Shown one piece after another: positions 16,147 through 24,999 of a DNA stretch of 40,743 nt (position 1 is the first letter of the stretch; each line of letters begins with the position of its first letter). The notes under the pieces were generated by a model. That model worked only from the letters and a program-made list of their open reading frames with translations, was not told where the DNA came from and made no database searches. Position numbers and translations under genes: made by a program. This DNA is from a virus (taxonomy: Duplodnaviria; Caudoviricetes): the IMG/VR virus record IMGVR_UViG_3300018914_000074; one strand, 5' to 3'.

Positions 16147-16659
16147 ATGGCCGGGCGTAATAAGCAACCGATCAATCTTATTTTGCTTAAAGGCAAATCG
16201 CATCTGACAAAAGAGCAGATCGAGGAACGGACAAAAACGGAAGTGAAGGCGCCAGCCGACGACGTCAAGCCTCCGAAGTACCTGACAAAGACGCTTAAGA
16301 AGGAATTCACGGAAATCGCAAGCGAGCTGCAGCGCATCGACCTGATCACGAATCTGGACGTTGACGCCTTAGCTCGTTTTTTGTTGGCACGGGAACAGTA
16401 CGTCCGGGTCACGAAGGAGCTTCGCTCCATACCTCCGACGATTACGGTGGAGCATCCGGAAACGGGCAAGAAGCTGAAGGTGGCAAACGAGCAGTACGGC
16501 GACATGCTGCTTGCGCAGGACAAACTCTTCAAGCAATGTCGCGCTGCAGCTTCGGACCTCGGCTTGACGATCAGCTCGCGCTGCCGTCTGGTTGTCCCTA
16601 AGAAGCCGGAAGAGAAGAATCCGACCGAGGAAGAGCAGCTCTTCGGTGATGCCTTATGA
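16147..16659 (+). CDS. terS: Terminase small subunit (P27 family)
   Basis: MAGRNKQP...HLTK, PPKYL, DLGLTISSRCRLVVP. Confidence 0.92.
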   Translation: MAGRNKQPINLILLKGKSHLTKEQIEERTKTEVKAPADDVKPPKYLTKTLKKEFTEIASELQRIDLITNLDVDALARFLLAREQYVRVTKELRSIPPTITVEHPETGKKLKVANEQYGDMLLAQDKLFKQCRAAASDLGLTISSRCRLVVPKKPEEKNPTEEEQLFGDAL

Positions 16660-18350
16660 TAGAGCAACTTATTGAGCGAATCGCTCGATACGCTGAGGAC
16701 GTCGTCGACGGAAGGGTTACGGCATGCCGGAAGCACAAACAGGCGTGCCAGCGTTTCCTCGACGACATTGTACGGAGCCAAAGCGAGGAATTCCCGTACG
16801 AGTTCGACATTGAGGAACTCTACCGGTTCTACCGTTGGTCGCGGATGTTCAAACACACAAAGGGAGTACTCGCCGGCCAACCGATCGAGCTAACCGACTT
16901 TCAACTCTTCGTTGTCGGCAATATTTTCTGCTGGAAACGGAAAGGCACCGGTCTCCGACGCTTCCGGAAGGCGTACATTCAGCTTGCACGCAAGAACGCG
17001 AAGTCGCAGTTGCTTGCGTTGATCAGCAGCTACGAGGCTTTCGTATCTCCGGAGCAGTCGGAGGTCTACATCGCGGGATGGGGGCGTGAGCAGTCAGGCA
17101 TCGTGTACAACGAGGTGCTGACACAGATCCAGGCGGTGGAGCTGCTGAAGGGCAAATTCACGGACACATACGGCAGGATCCGGCACGTGAAGAGCGGCAG
17201 CGTCATACAGCCGCTGTCAAAAGAAGCGCGGAAGACCGGCGATGGTAAGAACCCGAGCCTCGCTGTCATCGACGAGTACCATGTACACGAGACGAGCGAA
17301 ATTTATGACGTACTCGTTTCCGGCATGGTGGCGCGCGCGAACCCGCTAATCGTCATCATCACGACGGCTGGCTTCGATATGGCGGCGCCGTGCTTCACTG
17401 AGTATCTATATGTCTCTGAGCTCCTAGATCCTAACTCGCCGAAGGAAAACGACGAGTATTTCGTCATGATCTGCGAGCTTGATAAGGACGATGACATCAA
17501 GGACGAGCGAAACTGGGTTAAGGCGAACCCGATCGTCGCGACATACGAGGAGGGCATGAACTTCCTCCGAGGCGAGCTGCAGGCTGCGCTCGACGTTCCG
17601 GAGAAGATGCGGAACTTCCTGACGAAAAACATGAATTTGTGGGTGGACCAGAAGGACAACGGCTATATGCCGATGGATGCCTGGCGCGCTTGCGGGGTGG
17701 ACAAGCTGCCGGATCTCGCGGTTCGAGAGTGCTATGTGGGCGTCGATCTTTCGAAGAAGATCGACCTGACGAGCATCGGCGGCGTGATTCCGCTCGGCGA
17801 TGGCCGCGTCTACGTGTGGTCTCATAGCTTCATTCCGGAAGACACGCTCGCGGCGAAGCGAAAGACGGATAAAGTGCCATATGACTTGTGGGTTCGGCAG
17901 GGCTGGATCACCGTTACGCCAGGCGCCGTCGTTGATTATCGCTTTATCCAGGAACACATTAAGAAGCGCGAAGCCGAGAACCTCTGGACCATCAAGGAAA
18001 TTTGCTTCGACCCCTACAACGCCTCGCAATTTGCGCAGGAAATGGAGTCGGAGGGGTACGAAATGGTCGAGATTCGACAAGGCGTGAAGACTCTGTCCGA
18101 GCCGACGAAGAATCTACGTGAGCTCGTGCTCTCCGGGCAATTGATTCACGAGAAAAACCCGGTTCTCACCTGGGCGGTGGGGAATGCGGTCATTCGGCAG
18201 GATCATAACGAGAACATCATGCTCGACAAAGATAAGTCAACGGACCGGATCGACCCGATTACGGCACTGATTAACGCGCACGTCCGGGCAATGCTGCTCG
18301 CCGGTGAAGGGCCGTCAGTGTACGAAATGCGCGGATTCTTAACGCTGTAA
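16656..18350 (+). CDS. terL: Terminase large subunit
   Basis: ARKNAKSQ Walker A, VIDEYH Walker B, ITTAG, GVDLS...DLT, RIDP. Confidence 0.96.
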   Translation: MIEQLIERIARYAEDVVDGRVTACRKHKQACQRFLDDIVRSQSEEFPYEFDIEELYRFYRWSRMFKHTKGVLAGQPIELTDFQLFVVGNIFCWKRKGTGLRRFRKAYIQLARKNAKSQLLALISSYEAFVSPEQSEVYIAGWGREQSGIVYNEVLTQIQAVELLKGKFTDTYGRIRHVKSGSVIQPLSKEARKTGDGKNPSLAVIDEYHVHETSEIYDVLVSGMVARANPLIVIITTAGFDMAAPCFTEYLYVSELLDPNSPKENDEYFVMICELDKDDDIKDERNWVKANPIVATYEEGMNFLRGELQAALDVPEKMRNFLTKNMNLWVDQKDNGYMPMDAWRACGVDKLPDLAVRECYVGVDLSKKIDLTSIGGVIPLGDGRVYVWSHSFIPEDTLAAKRKTDKVPYDLWVRQGWITVTPGAVVDYRFIQEHIKKREAENLWTIKEICFDPYNASQFAQEMESEGYEMVEIRQGVKTLSEPTKNLRELVLSGQLIHEKNPVLTWAVGNAVIRQDHNENIMLDKDKSTDRIDPITALINAHVRAMLLAGEGPSVYEMRGFLTL

Positions 18351-18364
18351 GGGGGTGAGGACAG

Positions 18365-19657
18365 CTGAAACTGAAAATTCCATTCACAAACAAGGTTTTG
18401 GAGCTCCGGTCATCTCTTTCGAATCCAGATCAGGCGTTTCGAGAGTGGGCAGCGGGCGGAGAAAACGCGAATTCCGGCGTCAGCGTCAACGAACAGTCGG
18501 CACTTCGCGTAACGGCATACCTAGCTGCCGTCAAAATTATCTCTGAGACGCTGGCATCACTCCCGCTTAATGTCTACCGGAAGCTCGAAACTGGTGGGAA
18601 GGCGCGCGCGACAGAACATCCGGCGTACGAAGTGCTCCATAACCAGGCAAATGACGAAATGACAGCCTACCAGTTCAAGGAGACCATCCAAGGACACATT
18701 TGCAACTGGGGAAACGGGTACGCGGAGATTGAGCGTAACGGCGCGGGAAGGATTGTCGCACTTTGGCCGCTGTTACCGGACCGCACGTGGCCGGAGCGAG
18801 GGCGCGACAATAAGATTTATTACCGAACCGTCGTATCGAAGACGAATCAGCAGGTCATTTTGCCGTTCGATAAAGTGCTGCACATCCCCGGATTCGGCTT
18901 CGACGGGTTGATCGGCTATAACCCGGTGCGCTTGGCACGCGAAGCCCTCGGCATGGCGCTTGCGGCGGAGGAGTTTGGGGCTAGATTCTTCGGAGATGGT
19001 GCGAATGTTGGCGGTATTGTCGAGTACCCGGGTAAGCTCAGTGACACTGCGTACGAACGATATAAGCGCCAGGCAAACGAACAGGCCGCGGGGCTGAAAA
19101 AATCGCATCGACTCTGGGTCCTCGAAGAAGGTTTGAAGTACCACCGCGTCGGGATACCGCCGGAAGAGGCGCAGTTCCTCGAGACACGAAAATTTCAAAT
19201 CGCGGAAATTGCGCGCATGTTCCGGGTGCCGCTGCACATGCTTGCGGAGCTCGACCGGAGCACAAATAACAATATCGAGCACCAATCGATCGAATTTGTC
19301 GTCCATACCATCCGTCCGTGGTTGGTTCGCTGGGAGCAGCAGCTACGGATGAAGCTCTTCACCACCGCGGAAAAGCGCAGTGGTTTTTTTGCGGAGTTTT
19401 TGGTTGATGGATTGCTCCGGGGGGACGCGAAATCGCGTAACGAAGCGCTCCAAATTCAGCGACAGAACGGCATCATCAACGCCGACGAGTGGCGCGAAAT
19501 CGAAAATATGAACCCGCAACCCGGCGGCCAGGGCCAGAAGTACCTCGTGAACTCGGCGATGGTGGCCGTTGACCAGATCGGGCTGGAAGGAGGTGAGGGA
19601 AGCGATGCCAATGGAGAACCAGAAGGAAATCCGCTCGATACTCCTGCCGGAGAGTAG
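18365..19657 (+). CDS. HK97-type portal protein (probable CTG start; ORF track TTG 18398)
   Basis: ISETLASLPL, WGNGYA, VLHIPG, QFLETRKF..AEIARMFRVP, NNIEHQ, LLRGD. Confidence 0.95.
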   Translation: MKLKIPFTNKVLELRSSLSNPDQAFREWAAGGENANSGVSVNEQSALRVTAYLAAVKIISETLASLPLNVYRKLETGGKARATEHPAYEVLHNQANDEMTAYQFKETIQGHICNWGNGYAEIERNGAGRIVALWPLLPDRTWPERGRDNKIYYRTVVSKTNQQVILPFDKVLHIPGFGFDGLIGYNPVRLAREALGMALAAEEFGARFFGDGANVGGIVEYPGKLSDTAYERYKRQANEQAAGLKKSHRLWVLEEGLKYHRVGIPPEEAQFLETRKFQIAEIARMFRVPLHMLAELDRSTNNNIEHQSIEFVVHTIRPWLVRWEQQLRMKLFTTAEKRSGFFAEFLVDGLLRGDAKSRNEALQIQRQNGIINADEWREIENMNPQPGGQGQKYLVNSAMVAVDQIGLEGGEGSDANGEPEGNPLDTPAGE

Positions 19658-20219
19658 ACCGGAGATCCGGAGGATGGACGGCGAGCCGACGAAAATTATC
19701 GGTTACGCAGTGCGCTGGGGACAGTTATCCAACCCGATTTGGGGCATGTTCCAGGAGAGATTTGAAAAGGGCGCATTCACGAACCGGATGAGCGACGTGT
19801 ACGCCAGCTGGCAGCATGACGTCCGCGACACGATCGGCCGGACGCCGAACACGCTTGTGCTCACCGAGGATGATATCGGCCTCCGCTACGAGATTACGCC
19901 GCCGAGCTGGGCGGATAAGTACGTGGAGAGCATCGAGCGCGGCGATGTGAAGGGCTCGTCGTTCATTTTCAGGGCAATAAGGGAGCAATGGGACGAATCG
20001 AACCCGGAAATGCCGATCCGGAGCGTCCTGGAGGCGGAATTGATCGAAGTCAGCCCCGTCACGCGGCCGGCCTACCCGCAATCGACTGTCGGCGTTCGTT
20101 CTGAGCAAGAAGTGTACGAAGCCTTCGCTGCGCAGCGCGCAGCTGGTGATAAAACGGTCCACGAAGCGGACCGTCAGCGGCGTGAAAGAGAGCTGCAGCT
20201 TCGAAAACATCAATTTTAG
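19605..20219 (+). CDS. HK97-family prohead protease
   Basis: GYAV, WQHD, GLRYEI, GSSFIF, EVSPVTRPAYP. Confidence 0.93.
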   Translation: MPMENQKEIRSILLPESRPEIRRMDGEPTKIIGYAVRWGQLSNPIWGMFQERFEKGAFTNRMSDVYASWQHDVRDTIGRTPNTLVLTEDDIGLRYEITPPSWADKYVESIERGDVKGSSFIFRAIREQWDESNPEMPIRSVLEAELIEVSPVTRPAYPQSTVGVRSEQEVYEAFAAQRAAGDKTVHEADRQRRERELQLRKHQF

Positions 20220-20231
20220 GAGGGGAATACC

Positions 20232-21506
20232 TTGCCGAACATTACTGAATTGCAGCAAGAAAGAGCCCAAATCTGGGAGCAAGCGAAAGCGCTGAACGAC
20301 CGCGTCAACGCGGAAAAACGGAGCTTTACGGCGGAAGAGCAACAGCAATGGGACAAGATGAACGCCGACATGGATCGCCTCGGGGCTCAAATCGACCGCG
20401 AAAAGCGGATGGCCGAGACGGCTGCGGAGCTCGAACAGCGCGACGGCTCGCCGGCGGTGCGCCAAGGTGGCGAAGAGCGCCGAGAGGAGGAGAAGCCGGC
20501 GCTCGAGCGTGAGGAATATCGCGCAGCGTACACCTCCTTCCTCAAATACGGTTACTCCGGATTGACATCGGAAGAGCGGTCGATTATCGACGCCGGCAAA
20601 GTGCAGCTGAGCGGACAGGAAGCACGCGCGATGTCATCCGTCACTGGCACGGCTGGCGGCTACACGGTGCCGGTAGGCTTCTACAATCAACTCATTCAAG
20701 CAATGAAGGCTTTCGGCGGCATGCGTCAATCCCGCGCCCGCGTTCTTCGCACGTCGTCTGGTAACGACCTGCCGATTCCGACGACGAACGATACGTCGCG
20801 CAAAGCGAGAATCGTTGGACAGAACACGGCTGCCGGAAATGCGACGGATCCGGTGTTTGGCCAGAAGACGCTGAAGGCGTACAAATATACGTCCGACACG
20901 TTCCTGGTACCGATTGAACTGATCCAGGACAGCGCCTTCGATGTCGAGCAGTTGATTCGCGAATTCATCGCCAGCAGCTTCGGCCGCGGCACGAACGAGC
21001 ACTTCACGGTCGGCACGGGGACGAACGAGCCGCAAGGTGTTGTGACTGGTGCCGCGCAAGGAAAGGTCGGGTCGACGGGCCAATCGACCTCCGTAACGTT
21101 CGACGACCTCTTCGACCTTCAGCACTCCGTCGACGTGGTATACCGGGCGATGGCCGAGTGGATGTTCAACGACAACACACTCAAGGCGATTCGCAAGCTC
21201 AAGGACGGCGATGGGCGCCCGTTGTGGCAGCCTTCGCTCACAGCGTCGGAGCCGGATCTCATCCTCGGCAAGCCGTATGTAATCAATACGGACATGGCTG
21301 ACATGGCAGCGAACGCGAAGCCGATTCTGTTCGGCGACTTCTCGAATTACTTCATCCGTGACGTTATGGATCTTACAATCTTCCGCCTCGGCGAGAAGTA
21401 CATCGAGAGCGGGCAGATTGGATTCATCGCGTACGCCCGCCACGACGGCCTTATGGTCGACGCCGGAACGGGTCCGATCAAGTACTACCAGAATTCCGCA
21501 TCCTAA
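20232..21506 (+). CDS. HK97-fold major capsid protein with N-terminal delta domain
   Basis: GGYTVP, ELIQDS, KLKDGDGRPLWQP, ILGKP, FGDFSNY. Confidence 0.96.
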   Translation: MPNITELQQERAQIWEQAKALNDRVNAEKRSFTAEEQQQWDKMNADMDRLGAQIDREKRMAETAAELEQRDGSPAVRQGGEERREEEKPALEREEYRAAYTSFLKYGYSGLTSEERSIIDAGKVQLSGQEARAMSSVTGTAGGYTVPVGFYNQLIQAMKAFGGMRQSRARVLRTSSGNDLPIPTTNDTSRKARIVGQNTAAGNATDPVFGQKTLKAYKYTSDTFLVPIELIQDSAFDVEQLIREFIASSFGRGTNEHFTVGTGTNEPQGVVTGAAQGKVGSTGQSTSVTFDDLFDLQHSVDVVYRAMAEWMFNDNTLKAIRKLKDGDGRPLWQPSLTASEPDLILGKPYVINTDMADMAANAKPILFGDFSNYFIRDVMDLTIFRLGEKYIESGQIGFIAYARHDGLMVDAGTGPIKYYQNSAS

Positions 21507-21518
21507 TTTGACCTGACT

Positions 21519-21542
21519 AGGGCGCCCGCCGGGGCGCTCTTT
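21519..21542 (+). terminator. Hairpin after capsid gene
   Basis: AGGGCGCCC-GCCG-GGGCGCTCT-TT. Confidence 0.6.
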
Positions 21543-21561
21543 CGGTCTGGAGGTGAAACAT

Positions 21562-22059
21562 TTGCAAAGAGTTAAGGTTCGGATGAACGTAAGCATCGCT
21601 TCAGCGTCGTGGTCGTACGGTCCGAGGCAAGAAGTGGACCTGGAACTCGGACTCGCCGAAGCCTGGCAAGAGGTAGGGCATTGCAAGATTATTGGAGAGC
21701 CTTACGAGGCGGAAGACGAAGCGACGGCAGCCGCTGTGACCGAATTGCCGAAGCCTGACAACTCGTACGACATTGATTCGGGGGAGGTCATCGGCTATTG
21801 CTCGGTGGCCCCTGAAAACGAAGGGGAAGAGCACATGTTTGGTGGTGTGCTGTATTCCTTTGACCACGCTGAAGGCGATGAGCTCTTCTTCAAAAAAGTC
21901 GAATCGAATGCTAGCGATATCACGCTCGAGGCGTTCAGCGAACTTTCGGCAGCCGATCAGAAAGCGCTGCTCGAGAAGCTCGCGATCGAAGGTGACGCCG
22001 GCAACGAGGAGAAGCGGACGGCGCTTTACGCCGCGTACCTTGAAGCAAAGAAGGTGTAA
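21562..22059 (+). CDS. Acidic hypothetical protein between capsid and connector
   Basis: GGAGGTGA SD then TTG 21562. Confidence 0.7.
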   Translation: MQRVKVRMNVSIASASWSYGPRQEVDLELGLAEAWQEVGHCKIIGEPYEAEDEATAAAVTELPKPDNSYDIDSGEVIGYCSVAPENEGEEHMFGGVLYSFDHAEGDELFFKKVESNASDITLEAFSELSAADQKALLEKLAIEGDAGNEEKRTALYAAYLEAKKV

Positions 22060-22062
22060 ACC

Positions 22063-22620
22063 ATGAAGCTCAAGGTGATCACCCCACCGGCCACAGAACC
22101 GGTGGGGCTTCCTGACATTAAGCCGCAGCTGCGGATCGACCTAGACGACGAATCATACGACGCAACGCTGACGCCGCTGATCACCGCCGCGCGCGAATGG
22201 TGCGAGGGCTTCCAAAACCGCGCGTACCTGACGCAGACGCTGGAGCTCGCATTGGACGAATGGCCGCGGGGAGAAATCCGGCTCCCGCGTCCGCCGCTGC
22301 AGTCGGTGACGAGCCTCACGTACACGGACCGCGACGGGAATACAGCGACGTGGGCATCGTCGAACTACATCGTAGACGACTATTCGGAGCCGGCGGAGAT
22401 CGTCCGCGCTTCGGGCGTCTGCTGGCCGACGGCGTGCCTAGTGCCGGCGAATGGTGTCAAGGTCCGCTACGTCGCCGGCCACGCTGCTGCCGGCAGCGTC
22501 CCGGAACGCGTGAAGCAGGCGATCATCCTTTTGGTCGCCGCCTGGTTCGATAATCCCGGCTGCGAGCCGCCGGACGCGGTAAAGTCGTTGCTGAGCCTGG
22601 ATCGGGTGGTGCCTGTATGA
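22063..22620 (+). CDS. Head-tail connector (gp6-like)
   Basis: PPATEPV.L...K..LRID, LPRPPLQSV, VKQAIILLVA.W. Confidence 0.9.
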   Translation: MKLKVITPPATEPVGLPDIKPQLRIDLDDESYDATLTPLITAAREWCEGFQNRAYLTQTLELALDEWPRGEIRLPRPPLQSVTSLTYTDRDGNTATWASSNYIVDDYSEPAEIVRASGVCWPTACLVPANGVKVRYVAGHAAAGSVPERVKQAIILLVAAWFDNPGCEPPDAVKSLLSLDRVVPV

Positions 22621-22961
22621 AGTGCGCGGACGGCATGTTGGCGGGGCGTTTAAGGCACAAGATCGTAATCAAGTCGCCGCCTACGACGCGCAATTCCTAC
22701 GGCGAGCAACCGGCACCGGACGCCGAGTGGACAGTATTTGCTACGGTCTGGGCTTCAAAGGAGCCGCTTTTGGGGCGGGAGTACTTCGCCGCGGAGGCTG
22801 CGCAAAGCCGGGTTGAGGTCAAATTTCGGATTCGGTACCGCGACGGAATCAACAACACGATGCGCATTGTTCATGGAGATGACGAGTACGAGATCCTCTC
22901 CGCGATCGACGTCCAAGGACTGAAGCGCGAAATGCTGGTTTACGTGAAGAGGGTGGACTGA
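22617..22961 (+). CDS. Head closure protein (SPP1 gp16-like)
   Basis: AGRLRHKI.I, WA...L.GREYF.A, FRIRYR. Confidence 0.9.
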   Translation: MKCADGMLAGRLRHKIVIKSPPTTRNSYGEQPAPDAEWTVFATVWASKEPLLGREYFAAEAAQSRVEVKFRIRYRDGINNTMRIVHGDDEYEILSAIDVQGLKREMLVYVKRVD

Positions 22962-23413
22962 TGCCTCGAGGGTGGAAATTCGAAGGCATGCGGGAGCTCG
23001 AGAGCTCGATAAAGAGGCTCGGGAAGGTGCCTCAGTCCGCAGTCACGAAAGCGGCCCGCCAAGGGATGAATATCGCTCTCAAGGCCGCCCGCGAAAAGGC
23101 TCCGGTTGACACTGGAGACCTGAAGGGCGGGATCATCATCAAAGCGGAGCGGAAGACGGTAACCGGTAAAAAGGTTTACGACGTCATGATGGATCCGAAG
23201 AAGAATCCATTGTTCGTGAAGATGTCAGCGGACGGCCAGAAGCGGTACTATTACCCTGCATCGCAGGAATACGGCTTTATGAATGTAGACGGCGGATATA
23301 CCCCCGGGTATCGATTTCTCCGCAATGCGCTGACTGAAAACGCCGAGGCAATCGAACAAAAGATCGTCGGCGTCATGGGTAAGGAGATCGACAAAGCATT
23401 GGCGAAGAGGTGA
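22961..23413 (+). CDS. HK97 gp10-family tail completion protein
   Basis: APVDTGDLK, QEYG, RFLRNA. Confidence 0.88.
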   Translation: MPRGWKFEGMRELESSIKRLGKVPQSAVTKAARQGMNIALKAAREKAPVDTGDLKGGIIIKAERKTVTGKKVYDVMMDPKKNPLFVKMSADGQKRYYYPASQEYGFMNVDGGYTPGYRFLRNALTENAEAIEQKIVGVMGKEIDKALAKR

Positions 23414-23418
23414 TTCCG

Positions 23419-23799
23419 CTGACTTTCGAGGAAGCATTGGTCGCCGAGCTGGAGAGTGTATCCGGATTAAGCGGCAAGGTGTTTCCGTTGAACGCCGCGG
23501 AAGGAACCAAACCGCCATACCTGATCTACATCTCCAGCGACGGCCTGCCGGACAAGACGCTGACCGGCTACACGGAGTCGAAAACGATCCCGCTAGAAAT
23601 CAACATCATCTGCAGGACTTATACCGATCTGAAATCATTAACACCGGCAGTCCTGGCCAAGATTCGCTCCTTTCAAAGACGCACAATCGGGATGGACGGG
23701 CCGTACGTCCAGGACGTCGCTTACGACGAGCCGGTCGAATTGCTCGAGCCCCAGGTCATGTGGTACAGGAGCAACTTCGATTTACGAATCAGCATTTAG
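23419..23799 (+). CDS. Tail terminator (DUF3168-like); probable CTG start
   Basis: KVFPLNA.EGT..PYLIY; synteny. Confidence 0.8.
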   Translation: MTFEEALVAELESVSGLSGKVFPLNAAEGTKPPYLIYISSDGLPDKTLTGYTESKTIPLEINIICRTYTDLKSLTPAVLAKIRSFQRRTIGMDGPYVQDVAYDEPVELLEPQVMWYRSNFDLRISI

Positions 23800-23811
23800 G
23801 GAGGGAAAGCC

Positions 23812-24222
23812 ATGCCGAAAAAGGCACAAGGGACGACGCTCAGCATTGGCGCTAATGTCGTTGCGGACCTGACGTCGATTAGCGGGTTGGAATTGACCGC
23901 GGACACGATTGACGTGACGACTTTGGCCGATACGTATCGCAAATTCCTGCAGGGGTTGAAGGATGCGGGGGAAGTCACGGTTGAGGGCTTTTTAAACGAA
24001 GACGATACGACGGGGCAGATCGCAATCCATAACGCTTACAAGACCGGCGCGGAGTCTACGTTTACGATCACATTTCCCGCGACGGTCGGAGCTGAATGGG
24101 ATTTTAACGCAATCGTTACCGGGGTTACGCTCGGCGGCGCAATCGAGATGGAAGAGGCGCTTAGTTTTGCTGCAACGTTGAAAGTGTCGGGCGAACCGAC
24201 GTTGACGCTGCCGGCGCCGTAA
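23812..24222 (+). CDS. Major tail tube protein
   Basis: ADTIDVTTL, GLKDAGEV, F.ATLKVSGEP. Confidence 0.9.
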   Translation: MPKKAQGTTLSIGANVVADLTSISGLELTADTIDVTTLADTYRKFLQGLKDAGEVTVEGFLNEDDTTGQIAIHNAYKTGAESTFTITFPATVGAEWDFNAIVTGVTLGGAIEMEEALSFAATLKVSGEPTLTLPAP

Positions 24223-24228
24223 TTTTCG

Positions 24229-24262
24229 AACCGGTCAAGGGTAAAGCCCTTGGCCGGTTTTT
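24229..24262 (+). terminator. Intrinsic terminator after tail tube gene
   Basis: AACCGGTCAAGGG-TAAAG-CCCTTGGCCGGTT-TTT. Confidence 0.75.
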
Positions 24263-24280
24263 ACATTGAGGAGGGGTATT

Positions 24281-24667
24281 ATGCAAGACGGGAACGATGT
24301 AGTGCTGATTAAGCTTGACCGGATTCGCGAAATCCGGTTCGGCCACAAAGCCTTGAAAACACTCGGGGCGATCACTGGTAAGGAAATCGACTCGATGATG
24401 AAGATGGATGGCCTCGACCTCGAAGCGGTCGAGAAAATCCTCTATTGCGGTCTTCTGTCGGATGCCAGGGCGCATGGCGAGGAACTACGCCTCGAGGACA
24501 TGGAAGACCTACTGGACTACGCAAACCCGTGGAATGAGTTGATCGAGAAAATGCAACTCGCGTTCGAGCGCGCCTTTGGCACCACGCATGCAGGTGAATC
24601 GAACCCGGGAAACGGACAGGCAAAGCTGAACCGGCAACAGCGGCGCGCTACTGGGAAGAAAGCTTAA
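24281..24667 (+). CDS. Tail assembly chaperone (gpG-like)
   Basis: Position between tube and tape measure; slippery G GGA AAC at 24607-24613. Confidence 0.85.
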   Translation: MQDGNDVVLIKLDRIREIRFGHKALKTLGAITGKEIDSMMKMDGLDLEAVEKILYCGLLSDARAHGEELRLEDMEDLLDYANPWNELIEKMQLAFERAFGTTHAGESNPGNGQAKLNRQQRRATGKKA

Positions 24668-24957
24668 AAGCTGCAATTAGGGTCGGTATCAGCATCCCTG
24701 TTTGTAACGAGATGACCCCCTACGAACTAAGGCTCCACGTTCTGAACTACAAGCAGGAAATGGAGCGGGAAGCAGAGGAGGACATCGTGCTCACATATTT
24801 GGGAGCGTACTGGCAACGGGTGAAGCGGCTTGATCCTCTGAAGAAAATCCTTCAGATGATGAAGCCGAAGCAAACGCAGGCGGACATGCTTGAAGAAATT
24901 AAACGGCTCAATGCCGTGTTCGGAGGCAAAGTCGTGTATCGGGAGAGAGGCGAGTAG
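24607..24957 (+). CDS. Chaperone extension (gpT-like), reached by -1 frameshift
   Basis: -1 frame open from the slippery site through MTPYEL to TAG 24957; no good SD at ATG 24712. Confidence 0.78.
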   Translation, partial: GKRTGKAEPATAARYWEESLKAAIRVGISIPVCNEMTPYELRLHVLNYKQEMEREAEEDIVLTYLGAYWQRVKRLDPLKKILQMMKPKQTQADMLEEIKRLNAVFGGKVVYRERGE

Positions 24958-24999
24958 CCCTCTCCTTTTTGTTTTGCACGGGGAGGAGGTGGAGTTGAG

